Positions 25,749 to 34,701 of a DNA stretch of 38,408 nt are shown here, one piece after another. Made by a program: the position numbers and the translations under genes. The notes under the pieces are model-generated. The model ran no database searches, had not been told where the DNA came from, and saw nothing but the letters and a program-made list of their open reading frames with translations. Origin of the DNA: a virus (taxonomy: Duplodnaviria; Caudoviricetes); the IMG/VR virus record IMGVR_UViG_3300030329_000322, positions 1-38,408 of that record, one strand, 5' to 3'. Positions within the stretch are counted from its first letter, which is position 1, and the number at the start of each line of letters is the position of its first letter.

Positions 25749-27315
25749 ACCCTGCCCGGACTGCGGATCGCAAGACAACCTTGCACGGTACGACGATGGA
25801 CATGGGTACTGCTTTGGATGTGGTCGCTGGGAACCGGGGGAAGGTGCGGCGAAGCCGCGAGAGGATGACACCTTGCAATCAGAATTTATTCAATCAGAGC
25901 CTCGGTACATAAAGAGCCGGGGACTCAGCGAAGAGACCTGCAAGAAGTTTGCTTATGGCGTTGGTGAGTACAACGGGAGTTTCTGTCATGTTGCGAACTA
26001 CCGTGACGCTGACGGGAAGATTGTTGCTCAGAAGATAAGGATGCCGGGCAAGGACTTCCGAATGATCGGGAAGCCCACCGCTCTTTATGGAGAACATCTC
26101 TGGCGAGACGGCGGTAGGTTCATCACGGTGACTGAAGGAGAGATTGATGCTCTCTCAGTTAGCCAAGCATTCGGTAACAAGTGGCCTGTAGTAAGTATCC
26201 CAACTGGTGCGAAGGGAGCTGCGAAAGCCATCGCAAGAAGCATCGAGTTCCTTGAGAAGTTTGATGCAGTTCATCTGTGCTTTGACAGTGACGAGCCGGG
26301 AAGGGCTGCGGCTGCTGAGTGTGCTTTGTTGCTTACCCCAGGTAAAGCGAAGATCGTCTCGCTCCCTTGTAAAGATGCCAACGAGTGTCTTGTGGAAGGC
26401 AAGGTCAAGGAGCTGGTCAACGCTGTCTATGGTGCGAAGACCTACAGGCCAGACGGGGTTGTATGCGGTGAGGATCTCTTTGAGCGAGTGATGACGGATC
26501 GGACGGTGGAGTCGGTTCCGTACCCGTGGGATGGGATGAACGATCTCGCTCATGGCATTCGCCAAGGAGAACTCGTCACACTTTGCAGTGGCACAGGCGT
26601 CGGGAAATCTTCCGTCTGTCGAGAGCTTGCTTACTGGCTCATGGGTTCAGGCAAGAAGGTTGGCTACATCGCCTTGGAAGAGTCTGTCGAGAAGACAGCC
26701 AGAGCGATGATGGGTCTCTACCTGAACTGCCCACCGCACTACTGGGACTTCCCGGAAGAGAAGTTGAAGGAAGCCTTTGATCATTCCATCGGTGAAAACC
26801 GGCTGGTTCTGTACGACCACTTCGGTTCGATGGCTTGGGAGAACTTGGTCTCCAAGATCCGATACATGGTTCTGCACCTCGGAGCCACTCACATATTTCT
26901 CGATCACCTCAGCATTATTGTGTCCGGTATTGGTGAAGGTGACGAACGCAGGATGATTGATCAAGCGATGACCAAACTCCGGTCGATAACGGAGGAACTC
27001 GGGATTGCGTTGCTCCTTGTTTCACACCTTAGAAGACCGGAAGGACGCGGACATGAAGAAGGCGCACAAACCTCGCTGGCACAACTACGCGGTTCTCACG
27101 CTATTGGTCAGCTCAGTGACATCGTTGTTGGGCTGGAGCGCAACCAGCAGGACGAGGACGATCCAAACATCACGACACTCAGAATCCTCAAGAACAGATT
27201 CTCAGGAGAAACCGGCTGTGCAACAAGAGTTTTCTACGACAAACACACAGGAAGATTGTCTGAACGGGCAGTCAGTCAAGACAGTTCTGAAGATCTGGCC
27301 TCGATCCCTTTTTAA
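25711..27315 (+). CDS. DNA primase-helicase (gp4-like)
   Basis: Zn finger CPDC/CFGC, TOPRIM 'TEGEIDA'/'FDSD', Walker A 'GTGVGKS', 'FLDHLS', 'LRGS', 'KNRFSG'; GGAGG RBS before TTG. Confidence 0.96.
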   Translation: MDHESNSSFLQHEPCPDCGSQDNLARYDDGHGYCFGCGRWEPGEGAAKPREDDTLQSEFIQSEPRYIKSRGLSEETCKKFAYGVGEYNGSFCHVANYRDADGKIVAQKIRMPGKDFRMIGKPTALYGEHLWRDGGRFITVTEGEIDALSVSQAFGNKWPVVSIPTGAKGAAKAIARSIEFLEKFDAVHLCFDSDEPGRAAAAECALLLTPGKAKIVSLPCKDANECLVEGKVKELVNAVYGAKTYRPDGVVCGEDLFERVMTDRTVESVPYPWDGMNDLAHGIRQGELVTLCSGTGVGKSSVCRELAYWLMGSGKKVGYIALEESVEKTARAMMGLYLNCPPHYWDFPEEKLKEAFDHSIGENRLVLYDHFGSMAWENLVSKIRYMVLHLGATHIFLDHLSIIVSGIGEGDERRMIDQAMTKLRSITEELGIALLLVSHLRRPEGRGHEEGAQTSLAQLRGSHAIGQLSDIVVGLERNQQDEDDPNITTLRILKNRFSGETGCATRVFYDKHTGRLSERAVSQDSSEDLASIPF

Positions 27316-27634
27316 TGCGATCCGGGAAGTCGAGACAGGCGGCCATCCAGACCCTAACAACGCAGAGGGTGATGGAGGCAGATCACTCGGTTGTTACCAG
27401 ATCCAATACAACTATTGGTACGACGCTCTACAGCATTATCCAGAGATCGGCGGAACCTATGAGGATGTCCGTAACCCTTATTACGCCGAGTGGGTGATGA
27501 TGGCGTACTGGTCTCGATACGCACCCGATGACACTTACGAAACCTTGGCACGGATCCACAACGGTGGGCCGATGGGATACCTGCGGAGCAGCACAAGAAA
27601 TTTCTGGAAACGTGTACAGGCGTGTCTTCCATGA
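27053..27634 (+). CDS. i-type (destabilase-like) lysozyme / putative endolysin, 5' part overprinted on the helicase
   Basis: 'AIREVETGG...GDGGRSLGCYQI..YWYDA...ARIHNGGP.G...FWKRV' is the i-type lysozyme pattern. Start is ATG 27053 or GTG 27218. Confidence 0.75.
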   Translation: MKKAHKPRWHNYAVLTLLVSSVTSLLGWSATSRTRTIQTSRHSESSRTDSQEKPAVQQEFSTTNTQEDCLNGQSVKTVLKIWPRSLFNAIREVETGGHPDPNNAEGDGGRSLGCYQIQYNYWYDALQHYPEIGGTYEDVRNPYYAEWVMMAYWSRYAPDDTYETLARIHNGGPMGYLRSSTRNFWKRVQACLP

Positions 27635-27816
27635 ATCAAAGGACCACCTATAGAGAGATCGCTGAACACCTCACGGTGGTTCTTGGAAAGCGTGTCTCGA
27701 TCCAACGTGTGCAACAGATCGAAGCTCGGGCACTTCAGAAACTGATGGCTGCTTTGGAAGATGAGTCGTGGGTTCAAGAAGCATTGGAGGGGACGGTAGA
27801 TGCTAGGCGTCCTTGA
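27631..27816 (+). CDS. Stand-alone sigma70 region-4-like HTH protein
   Basis: 'TYREIAEHL...VSIQRVQQIEARALQKL' matches sigma70 region 4.2 (T..E.G....V.RER..QIE..AL.KL). Confidence 0.75.
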   Translation: MNQRTTYREIAEHLTVVLGKRVSIQRVQQIEARALQKLMAALEDESWVQEALEGTVDARRP

Positions 27817-28558
27817 TCTATTTGCAGGTATCGGCGGCTTCAGTCTTGGTCTTGAGAGGACTGGCGGATTCAAGACTATCGCGTTCTGTGAAATTGACAA
27901 GAAGGCACGACTGGTTCTTAAGAAGCATTGGCCGAATGTCCCGGTTTATGAGGACATCAAGGAGTTGAGTGGTGAGAGATTGCGATCAGATGGAATTGTT
28001 CCCGATGTCATTACCGGAGGATTCCCATGCACCGACATCAGCGGCGCGCAGCAGCACAAGCCCACCGGGATTGATCAACCACGCTCCGGGTTGTGGAAGG
28101 AATACGCCCGCCTTATTAGAGAACTCAAGCCAACCTGGGCAATCATTGAAAACGTGTCCCTGCTCCGTCGAAGAGGACTGCATGTTGTTCTTAGCGACTT
28201 ATGGGAGATCGGGTACAACGCGGAATGGCATTGCATACCAGCGTCCGCAGTTGGTGCCCCTCACCAGAGAGACCGGATCTGGATCATCGCGGTGGCCCAC
28301 CCCAACGAGCCGGGATTGGAAAGATGGATCCGCAGACTCCTGCCGGAACGTCCCGGCGAACTGTTTACTGGGACGGGAAGTTCACGCGAGAGAGAACTAT
28401 CAGACTACTGGAAGTCTGACGCCGATGTTCTGCGAGTGGCTGATGGGGTTCCCAATCGGGTGGACCGACTTAAACAACTCGGCAACTCCGTAGTCCCCCA
28501 GATCCCAGAACTTTTAGGTCGAGCTATTCTATCCACTGACGCATCTCATGGAGGATGA
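27800..28558 (+). CDS. C5 cytosine DNA methyltransferase, alpha chain
   Basis: Motif I 'LDLFAGIGG', IV 'GGFPC', VI 'ENV', VIII 'HQRDR', X 'LGNSVVP'; short, with no evident TRD or motif IX. Confidence 0.92.
   Translation: MLGVLDLFAGIGGFSLGLERTGGFKTIAFCEIDKKARLVLKKHWPNVPVYEDIKELSGERLRSDGIVPDVITGGFPCTDISGAQQHKPTGIDQPRSGLWKEYARLIRELKPTWAIIENVSLLRRRGLHVVLSDLWEIGYNAEWHCIPASAVGAPHQRDRIWIIAVAHPNEPGLERWIRRLLPERPGELFTGTGSSRERELSDYWKSDADVLRVADGVPNRVDRLKQLGNSVVPQIPELLGRAILSTDASHGG
27990..28493 (+). CDS. Putative methyltransferase beta chain in an alternative frame nested within the alpha gene
   Basis: 'WPTPTSRDWKDG' and motif-IX-like 'LTPMFCEWLMGFPIGWT'; arrangement as in M.EcoHK31I. Start uncertain (27969 or 27990). 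Confidence 0.7.
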   Translation: MELFPMSLPEDSHAPTSAARSSTSPPGLINHAPGCGRNTPALLENSSQPGQSLKTCPCSVEEDCMLFLATYGRSGTTRNGIAYQRPQLVPLTRETGSGSSRWPTPTSRDWKDGSADSCRNVPANCLLGREVHARENYQTTGSLTPMFCEWLMGFPIGWTDLNNSATP

Positions 28559-28560
28559 CC

Positions 28561-30372
28561 ATGCACTCAATCATTGTTGATATTGAAACAAACGCAATCG
28601 AGGACTGGCGAGAACTCACGGATCTGAAAGAGATCCATTGCATCGTGATCCGTACGAAGACTTGGGTTGAAACGTACAACCACCAGAAGGAAAACATCTA
28701 CGATGGTCTGCGAGAGATCTCTCTTGCTGACGAGGTGATCGGTCACAACGCGATGGCCTTTGATATTCCTGCGATCAAGAAGTTGTATCCAGACTTCAAG
28801 ATGAAGGGATGTCTACGGGATACCATTCTTCTTTCTCGGTTGGTTTGGCCTGACATCCGCGATGAAGACTTTAAGAGGGGCGAACCATTTCCCAAGAATC
28901 TTATTGGTTCTCATTCACTGAAGGCTTGGGGATATCGCCTTGGTGCATACAAGGGTGAACACACGGACTGGTCTCAGTGGTCTCAGGAGATGGAGGATTA
29001 CTGTGTACAGGATACCCATGTCACGCTTAGACTTTGGCAAGCGATCCAGCGAGAAGAACCATCGGTTCGCAGTGTGATGCTAGAGCATGACTTTGCAGAG
29101 ATCCTAATTGAACAGGAGCGTCATGGCTTCCGGTTCGACACTTACAACGCTAACGAACTCCACGCAGATCTTCTGGATAAGAAAGCAGAGCTTGAACGTC
29201 GTATGCAGGAGATATTCCCGCCAGTCGAAGTTCCCATGAAGACTCCTCAGTATTGGGTTGCAGACTGCGAACAGTACCCAACTAAGACGGCGGCTAAGTC
29301 TGCTGGATATAAGGACTCTGAGATAACGAAGGGACCAAACAAGGTCAAGATTATCCCGTTCAATCCGGGATCCCGAGACCAGATCTCTAAGTGCTTGATT
29401 GAGAAGTATGGTTGGAAGCCCAAGGATTACACCGTCAGCGGTAAGCCGAAAATTGATGAGACGATCCTGAAGGCTTTGGACTTCTCGGAAGCCAAGCCAC
29501 TGGTTGATTACCTCACGATCTCTAAACGTCTCGGTCAACTCGCAGACGGCAAGGAAGCGTGGCTGAGGTGTGTCACCAATGGGCGCATCCACGGACGCAT
29601 GATTGGTAACGGTACGGTGTCGGGCAGGTGCAGTCACCAGAAGCCGAACCTGGGACAAGTGCCTGCTGTTCATTCTCCCTATGGTCAACAGTGCAGAGCA
29701 TTGTTCCTGCCGGATAAGGGCCACGTTCTGTTGGGGTGTGACGCGAGTGGTCTAGAGCTTCGGATGCTTGCTCACTATCTGGGATTCTTTGATGGTGGTG
29801 AGTACGCAACTCAGGTCTGCGAAGGTGACATCCACACAACCAACCAAGAGGCTGCTGGTCTGCCGACTAGATCGGATGCCAAGCGGTTCATCTATGCGTG
29901 GTTGTACGGAGGTGGTGACACATTGATCGGAGAGATCGTTGGGGGTGGAGCCAAGGAAGGCAAGGAGATCAAGAAGCGGTTCATGGAAAGCCTTCCTGCA
30001 TTCAAGAAACTAAAGAAGCATGTCGAGAAAACCGTGGACAACAAGGGATACCTAAATGGCCTTGATGGCCGTGTCCTCCCGGTTCGCTCAAAGCACTCTG
30101 CTCTGAATCTGTTGCTGCAATCCGCTGGTGCTGTGGTTATGAAGGAAGCCACAGTCCAGTTGCGCACTGACCTTCGTGAGATGCCCCCGAGTTATGTACA
30201 TCAGGTGGCACACATTCACGATGAGATTCAGATCAGTGTTCATCCAAGTATTTCGGAAGAGGTGGGAAAGATTGCCGTTGGTTCAATCCGGCTTGCTGGA
30301 GAGAACCTGAATCTGAAAGTCCCCTTGGACGGTGAATACAAGATTGGAGACAACTGGAGTGAAACACACTGA
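28561..30372 (+). CDS. Family A DNA polymerase (gp5-like)
   Basis: Exo 'DIET', 'GHN...FD', 'YCVQD'; motif A 'DASGLELR', B 'AKRFIYAWLYG', C 'HDE'. Confidence 0.96.
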   Translation: MHSIIVDIETNAIEDWRELTDLKEIHCIVIRTKTWVETYNHQKENIYDGLREISLADEVIGHNAMAFDIPAIKKLYPDFKMKGCLRDTILLSRLVWPDIRDEDFKRGEPFPKNLIGSHSLKAWGYRLGAYKGEHTDWSQWSQEMEDYCVQDTHVTLRLWQAIQREEPSVRSVMLEHDFAEILIEQERHGFRFDTYNANELHADLLDKKAELERRMQEIFPPVEVPMKTPQYWVADCEQYPTKTAAKSAGYKDSEITKGPNKVKIIPFNPGSRDQISKCLIEKYGWKPKDYTVSGKPKIDETILKALDFSEAKPLVDYLTISKRLGQLADGKEAWLRCVTNGRIHGRMIGNGTVSGRCSHQKPNLGQVPAVHSPYGQQCRALFLPDKGHVLLGCDASGLELRMLAHYLGFFDGGEYATQVCEGDIHTTNQEAAGLPTRSDAKRFIYAWLYGGGDTLIGEIVGGGAKEGKEIKKRFMESLPAFKKLKKHVEKTVDNKGYLNGLDGRVLPVRSKHSALNLLLQSAGAVVMKEATVQLRTDLREMPPSYVHQVAHIHDEIQISVHPSISEEVGKIAVGSIRLAGENLNLKVPLDGEYKIGDNWSETH

Positions 30373-30820
30373 ACTAGCGTATGCGGCTGGGTATCTTGAT
30401 GGGGAGGGATGCTTCTCTTTCCACGGAGGAACTCCCCGCGTCTACATCGAGAACACTTACATACATACCCTTCAGTGGTTTGCCGATAGGTTCGGTGGGA
30501 AGGTCAGACCTAAGACCAAGCAAGAGAATCCGAACTGGAGACCAGCGTACTGCTGGGACATCTACGGGGACAACGCCAGAGAGTGCATCAACAAGGTTCT
30601 TCCATACCTTCAAGAGAAACACCCACAAGCCGCGATCCTTCTTGAGATCTCTGCATACCCACCTCGGTCGGCTATGCGAACTCGTCTCAAGGAAGAACTC
30701 GGTAAACTGAAACGGATTGCATACGAATGGACCCGCTTGAATACGTCTCAACCTCATCATTGCTCAAAGAACTCCAAAAGCGGTTCGACGATTCAATCTT
30801 CATCGCCGCCGCGAGAATGA
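30359..30820 (+). CDS. Free-standing LAGLIDADG homing endonuclease
   Basis: 'ELAYAAGYLDGEGCF', 'FGG', 'LPYLQEK'. Start uncertain (GTG 30332 or 30359). Confidence 0.85.
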   Translation: MKHTELAYAAGYLDGEGCFSFHGGTPRVYIENTYIHTLQWFADRFGGKVRPKTKQENPNWRPAYCWDIYGDNARECINKVLPYLQEKHPQAAILLEISAYPPRSAMRTRLKEELGKLKRIAYEWTRLNTSQPHHCSKNSKSGSTIQSSSPPRE

Positions 30821-30951
30821 CTGGGGAAGCTGAAGACATTGTTCTTTCACTAAAGGGTTCTTACCACTCGGTTCTTGGACTCTCACTGGTAGCACGGATG
30901 GCTGCCGAAGCAGGAGACGGATCTTCCGATGAAAACCACACTACTGATTGA
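30727..30951 (+). CDS. Hypothetical protein
   Basis: 'LEYVSTSSLLKELQKRFD' pattern; lies between the endonuclease and the exonuclease. Confidence 0.6.
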   Translation: MDPLEYVSTSSLLKELQKRFDDSIFIAAARMTGEAEDIVLSLKGSYHSVLGLSLVARMAAEAGDGSSDENHTTD

Positions 30952-31672
30952 TGGCGACATTCTTCTCTACCAAGAAAGTGCTGCGGTAGAGGAGGCTTTT
31001 GACTGGGGCGATGACATCTGGTCACTGACTGGAGATGCTGCACTTGCCAAGCAAGCCGTGGATGTCTGGATCGCCCAGCACAAGGAACTGCTAGAGGCTG
31101 ATGATGTGATCATCACTCTGACAGGACCGGAGAACTGGAGGAAGGATGTCCTTCCCACTTATAAGAACAACCGGAAGGGCAAGCGAAAGCCTCTGGTGTT
31201 CCCGGCTCTCCGTGATTACTGCCACGAAACTTACAAGACCATTCAGTTCGATAACCTGGAAGCGGACGATGTGATGGGCATCTTGGCTACTGGTGGAATC
31301 AAAAAGATTGATGGAAAGAAAATCATTGTGTCCGAAGACAAGGACATGAAAACCATACCCGGACACCTTTACAACCCAAACCACTCTGAGGAGGGAATTC
31401 AATGGATAACCAAGGAACAAGCGGATCTGTACCACCTGACACAAGCACTGACGGGGGACTCCACGGACGGGTACTCGGGATGCCCCGGAGTGGGTCCGAA
31501 GACTGCGGAAAAGATCCTGATAGAGGGGACTTGGGAGGAAGTGATTGCTGCTTACAAGAAGGCGGGGAAGACGGAGGAGGAAGCTCTTGTGCAAGCGAGG
31601 GTGTCCCGCATCCTGAGAAGTGGGGAGTTTGTTGTGAAGACAGGTGCTGTGAATCTCTGGAACCCCGAATGA
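30929..31672 (+). CDS. 5'-3' exonuclease (gp6-like)
   Basis: 'LIDGD', 'YKNNR', 'LEADD', 'DKD', 'GDSTDGYSGCPGVG'. Confidence 0.95.
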   Translation: MKTTLLIDGDILLYQESAAVEEAFDWGDDIWSLTGDAALAKQAVDVWIAQHKELLEADDVIITLTGPENWRKDVLPTYKNNRKGKRKPLVFPALRDYCHETYKTIQFDNLEADDVMGILATGGIKKIDGKKIIVSEDKDMKTIPGHLYNPNHSEEGIQWITKEQADLYHLTQALTGDSTDGYSGCPGVGPKTAEKILIEGTWEEVIAAYKKAGKTEEEALVQARVSRILRSGEFVVKTGAVNLWNPE

Positions 31673-31995
31673 CCAGAGAGGAGTACCTCGATTTTCACAG
31701 CGAGATGTGTCGAGAGGCTCGCTATCTCAGTGTCAAAAAGAACCGAGATTACACCGGAAAGGATGACGATAAGCCCTTTGCGAACTTCCAGAGGTGCGAG
31801 GCTATGGGGATCACTACTACTGAAAAGGGATTCTTGGTTCGTCTTACAGATAAGTTCAGCCGTCTCAGTACCTTCTGTGAGACCGGCGAGTTCCAAGTAA
31901 AAGACGAGTCCTTGCGGGATACTTTGCTGGATATCGTCAACTACACAATCCTCTTAGGTGCTTATGTTCAGGCCAAGAAAGAGACTAATGAGTGA
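31669..31995 (+). CDS. DUF1599/Nmad1-like all-alpha nucleotide-processing protein
   Basis: 'KKNRDY', 'FANF', 'RLTDKFSRL', 'ESLRDTLLDIVNY'; ATG overlaps the exonuclease stop. Confidence 0.7.
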   Translation: MTREEYLDFHSEMCREARYLSVKKNRDYTGKDDDKPFANFQRCEAMGITTTEKGFLVRLTDKFSRLSTFCETGEFQVKDESLRDTLLDIVNYTILLGAYVQAKKETNE

Positions 31996-32191
31996 TAAAG
32001 GCCATGTATATGAAAGACCTCCGCAGATCTCTGTTGAATTGGTCCAGTGGCTTGAGCAGCAATTCCCGCTGAAGAGTCCTGAACTTGACGCCTCAGAGCG
32101 TGTGATTTTCCACGCAGTTGGGCAGAGGTCTGTTGTTGATCATCTCTCTGCTATTCACAAAGAACAATCCGAGAATGTTCTGGAGACATAA
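31988..32191 (+). CDS. gp6.5-like hypothetical protein
   Basis: 'LVQWLEQQFP...GQRSVVDHL'; position before the portal. Confidence 0.7.
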   Translation: MSDKGHVYERPPQISVELVQWLEQQFPLKSPELDASERVIFHAVGQRSVVDHLSAIHKEQSENVLET

Positions 32192-32193
32192 GT

Positions 32194-32412
32194 ATGTGCT
32201 TACCTAGTGCCCCGAAACCACCTCCTCCACCGCCACCACCGCCCCCACCGCCACCGGCTCCTGAGCGAACTGCTCAAACAGCCGCATCTCCAGGCCGAGG
32301 CCAAGCACGGCGAGAGGGTATGGCTAGTCGATCTAGGCGTCGAGGGGTGTCTGGCCTGAAGATCAAACTTGATAACGTGGGTTCAGGAACTGGTGTAGGT
32401 GGAGCCTACTGA
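32194..32412 (+). CDS. Proline-rich small virion protein (gp6.7/7.3-like position)
   Basis: MC- start, poly-Pro, 'RRRGVSGLKI'; immediately before the portal. Confidence 0.7.
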   Translation: MCLPSAPKPPPPPPPPPPPPPAPERTAQTAASPGRGQARREGMASRSRRRGVSGLKIKLDNVGSGTGVGGAY

Positions 32413-33962
32413 TGGACAGTGCCAGAGGTCTCTACACCAAGATGGAGACCCAAAGGTTCTCCTATCTGGAACGTGCCAGAGACTGTTCTCGGCTGACACT
32501 TCCAACCGTGGTCCCCGATGAGGGACATGGCCCAACACAAAAATTTACCACGCCATATCAAGGGGTAGGGGCTAGAGGAGTGAATAACCTCGCTTCCTCT
32601 TTGCTCCTCAGTCTCCTACCTCCTAACGCTCCGTTCTTCCGGCTGGTCCTCGATGACCATGCACTCAAGCAAATCGAGGGTGTACCGGAGATCAAGACAG
32701 AAATTGAACGGTCGCTCTCGGATATCGAGAAAGCGGTTATGAAAGAGGTTGAGACCAACAACGTCCGGGTCTCCCTGTTTGAAGCTCTAAAGCACCTCAT
32801 CATCTCCGGGAACTGTTTGATGCACTTCCCCAATGATGGTGGGGTGCGTGTGTTCCCCTTGGCTCGGTACGTTGTTGACCGGGATCCTATGGGGAATCCG
32901 CTTAAGATAGTTACCAAAGAATGTGTGTCTCCTGCTGCCCTTCCTGAAGATATGCAGGGCGTAGCGGGGGCAATGAACACAAACACCGATGGATCGGTAG
33001 ACCTATACACTTGCATACACAAACGCATGGACAGGAAGTGGGAGGTCTATCAGGAAATCGGTGACGCTGAAGTTCCGGGTTCTCGCGGTACGTTTGCTGA
33101 AGACAAGCTGCCCTTCCTCCCTCTCAGGATGTACAAGGTCGAGGGCGAGAACTACGGAAGGGGATACTGCGAGCAGTACCTTGGTGATCTCAAGTCACTA
33201 GAGGGGCTAACTCAAGCCATCGTGGAAGGTGCTGCGGCTGCTTCCAAGATTCTGTTCATGGTTTCACCAAATGGGACTACCCGTGCCCGAACACTTGCGA
33301 AGTCTCCTAACGGAGCCATTGTGGAAGGGAGTGCCCAAGATGTCACGGTTCTTCAAAGTCAGAAAAGTGCGGATCTCTCTATTGCGGCGAGTACGGCTCA
33401 GACAATTACAGATCGTCTTGCGTATGCGTTTCTTCTCACCGAAGGTACGATCCGACAAGCCGAAAGAGTAACCGCTGAAGAAGTGCGTCTCGTTACGCAG
33501 TCCATTGAACGTCAGCTTGGTGGAGCCTTCTCCTTGCTTTCGCAGGAACTACAGCTCCCCTTGGTAAACCGGATGATGGACCGTCTTCAGAAGAAGAAGA
33601 AACTTCCAAAACTTCCGAAGAAGTACATTCAACCCGCTATCATCACAGGCATCGAGGCGTTGGCTAGAGGTAGCGACCTCAACCGTCTCGACTTCTTCCT
33701 TCAGGGAATGGCTCAGACCGTAGGTCCAGAAGCGATTGCTCAGTATGTCAACCTTGGTGAGTACATCAAACGACGAGCGACTGCCCTTGGTATCGACACT
33801 CAGGGTCTCATCAAGACCGAGGAAGAACTGATGATGGAGATGCAACAGGCACAGCAGGATGCTGTGGTTCAACAATATGGTGGTCAGGTAATGGACATTG
33901 CAGATCGACAGTTCCGCGATGCTCAGAAACTTGACGCAGAAGCAGCCAAGGAGATGGCTTGA
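32412..33962 (+). CDS. Portal / head-tail connector (gp8-like)
   Basis: 'YQGVGARGVNNLAS.L...L.PP..PFFRL', 'GENYGRG', 'AERVTAEEVR'. Confidence 0.96.
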   Translation: MDSARGLYTKMETQRFSYLERARDCSRLTLPTVVPDEGHGPTQKFTTPYQGVGARGVNNLASSLLLSLLPPNAPFFRLVLDDHALKQIEGVPEIKTEIERSLSDIEKAVMKEVETNNVRVSLFEALKHLIISGNCLMHFPNDGGVRVFPLARYVVDRDPMGNPLKIVTKECVSPAALPEDMQGVAGAMNTNTDGSVDLYTCIHKRMDRKWEVYQEIGDAEVPGSRGTFAEDKLPFLPLRMYKVEGENYGRGYCEQYLGDLKSLEGLTQAIVEGAAAASKILFMVSPNGTTRARTLAKSPNGAIVEGSAQDVTVLQSQKSADLSIAASTAQTITDRLAYAFLLTEGTIRQAERVTAEEVRLVTQSIERQLGGAFSLLSQELQLPLVNRMMDRLQKKKKLPKLPKKYIQPAIITGIEALARGSDLNRLDFFLQGMAQTVGPEAIAQYVNLGEYIKRRATALGIDTQGLIKTEEELMMEMQQAQQDAVVQQYGGQVMDIADRQFRDAQKLDAEAAKEMA

Positions 33963-34693
33963 TGGCAGAACGTATTCAAATGGACATGGGAACGACTGGA
34001 CCCGAAGCACCCAGCGAGGAGATGAGCGATAGCCAGGAAACGGTATCGGAACGACCCGAGTGGCTCCCGGAGAAGTTTGAATCTCCAGAGGCACTTGCCC
34101 ACGCCTACGGTGAGCTTGAGTCCAAACTGGGAACCCAGCCATCCAATGAATCTGCTCCCGAATCCACTGAAGCTATCACCGAAGCCACAGGCATGTCCGC
34201 TGAAAGCCTTGAGGGTTACACTAAAGAGTTCACTGAAACTGGCGAGTTGTCTGCTGAATCTTACGAGAAGATCACAAACGACTACGGAATTCCCGAAGAC
34301 ATCGCCCGTGCCTATGTAGAAGGTCAGAAGGCTTTGATTTCACAGGCTCATAACGCAATCTACAACGAAGTAGGTGGTGAGGAGTCCTATGGTGAGATGA
34401 TTGAATGGGCCAAGGAGAATCTGTCAGAGGAAGAGGTGACAGCTTACGACCGGACTATGGATTCCGGCGATATAAACTCAGCCATGATGGCTGCTCGGGG
34501 TCTTGCTGCACGTTACGCTCAGGTAAACGGTAGCAACCCAAGTCTCCTTAAGGGGGCCGCTCCATCTACAAAGGGTGGTAATCCGTTCCGTTCGTGGCAT
34601 CAGGTGTCTGAAGCGATGCGTGATCCCCGTTATCAAAAAGATTCTGCATTCCGTCAAGAAGTTCAGGATCGACTTTCAATCTCTCAACTGTGA
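33962..34693 (+). CDS. Capsid scaffolding protein (gp9-like)
   Basis: 'RPEWLPEKF', 'GGEESY..MIEWA', 'AMRDPRY..D..FR..V'. Confidence 0.93.
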   Translation: MAERIQMDMGTTGPEAPSEEMSDSQETVSERPEWLPEKFESPEALAHAYGELESKLGTQPSNESAPESTEAITEATGMSAESLEGYTKEFTETGELSAESYEKITNDYGIPEDIARAYVEGQKALISQAHNAIYNEVGGEESYGEMIEWAKENLSEEEVTAYDRTMDSGDINSAMMAARGLAARYAQVNGSNPSLLKGAAPSTKGGNPFRSWHQVSEAMRDPRYQKDSAFRQEVQDRLSISQL

Positions 34694-34701
34694 GGTGACC
34701 T

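Noticed and set aside
31402-31668. N-terminal extension of the DUF1599-like ORF
   Set aside because: Low-complexity shadow of the exonuclease frame; the coupled ATG at 31669 is the better start.
32215-32260. CCN tandem repeat as a DNA element
   Set aside because: Explained by the poly-proline coding tract with mixed codons.
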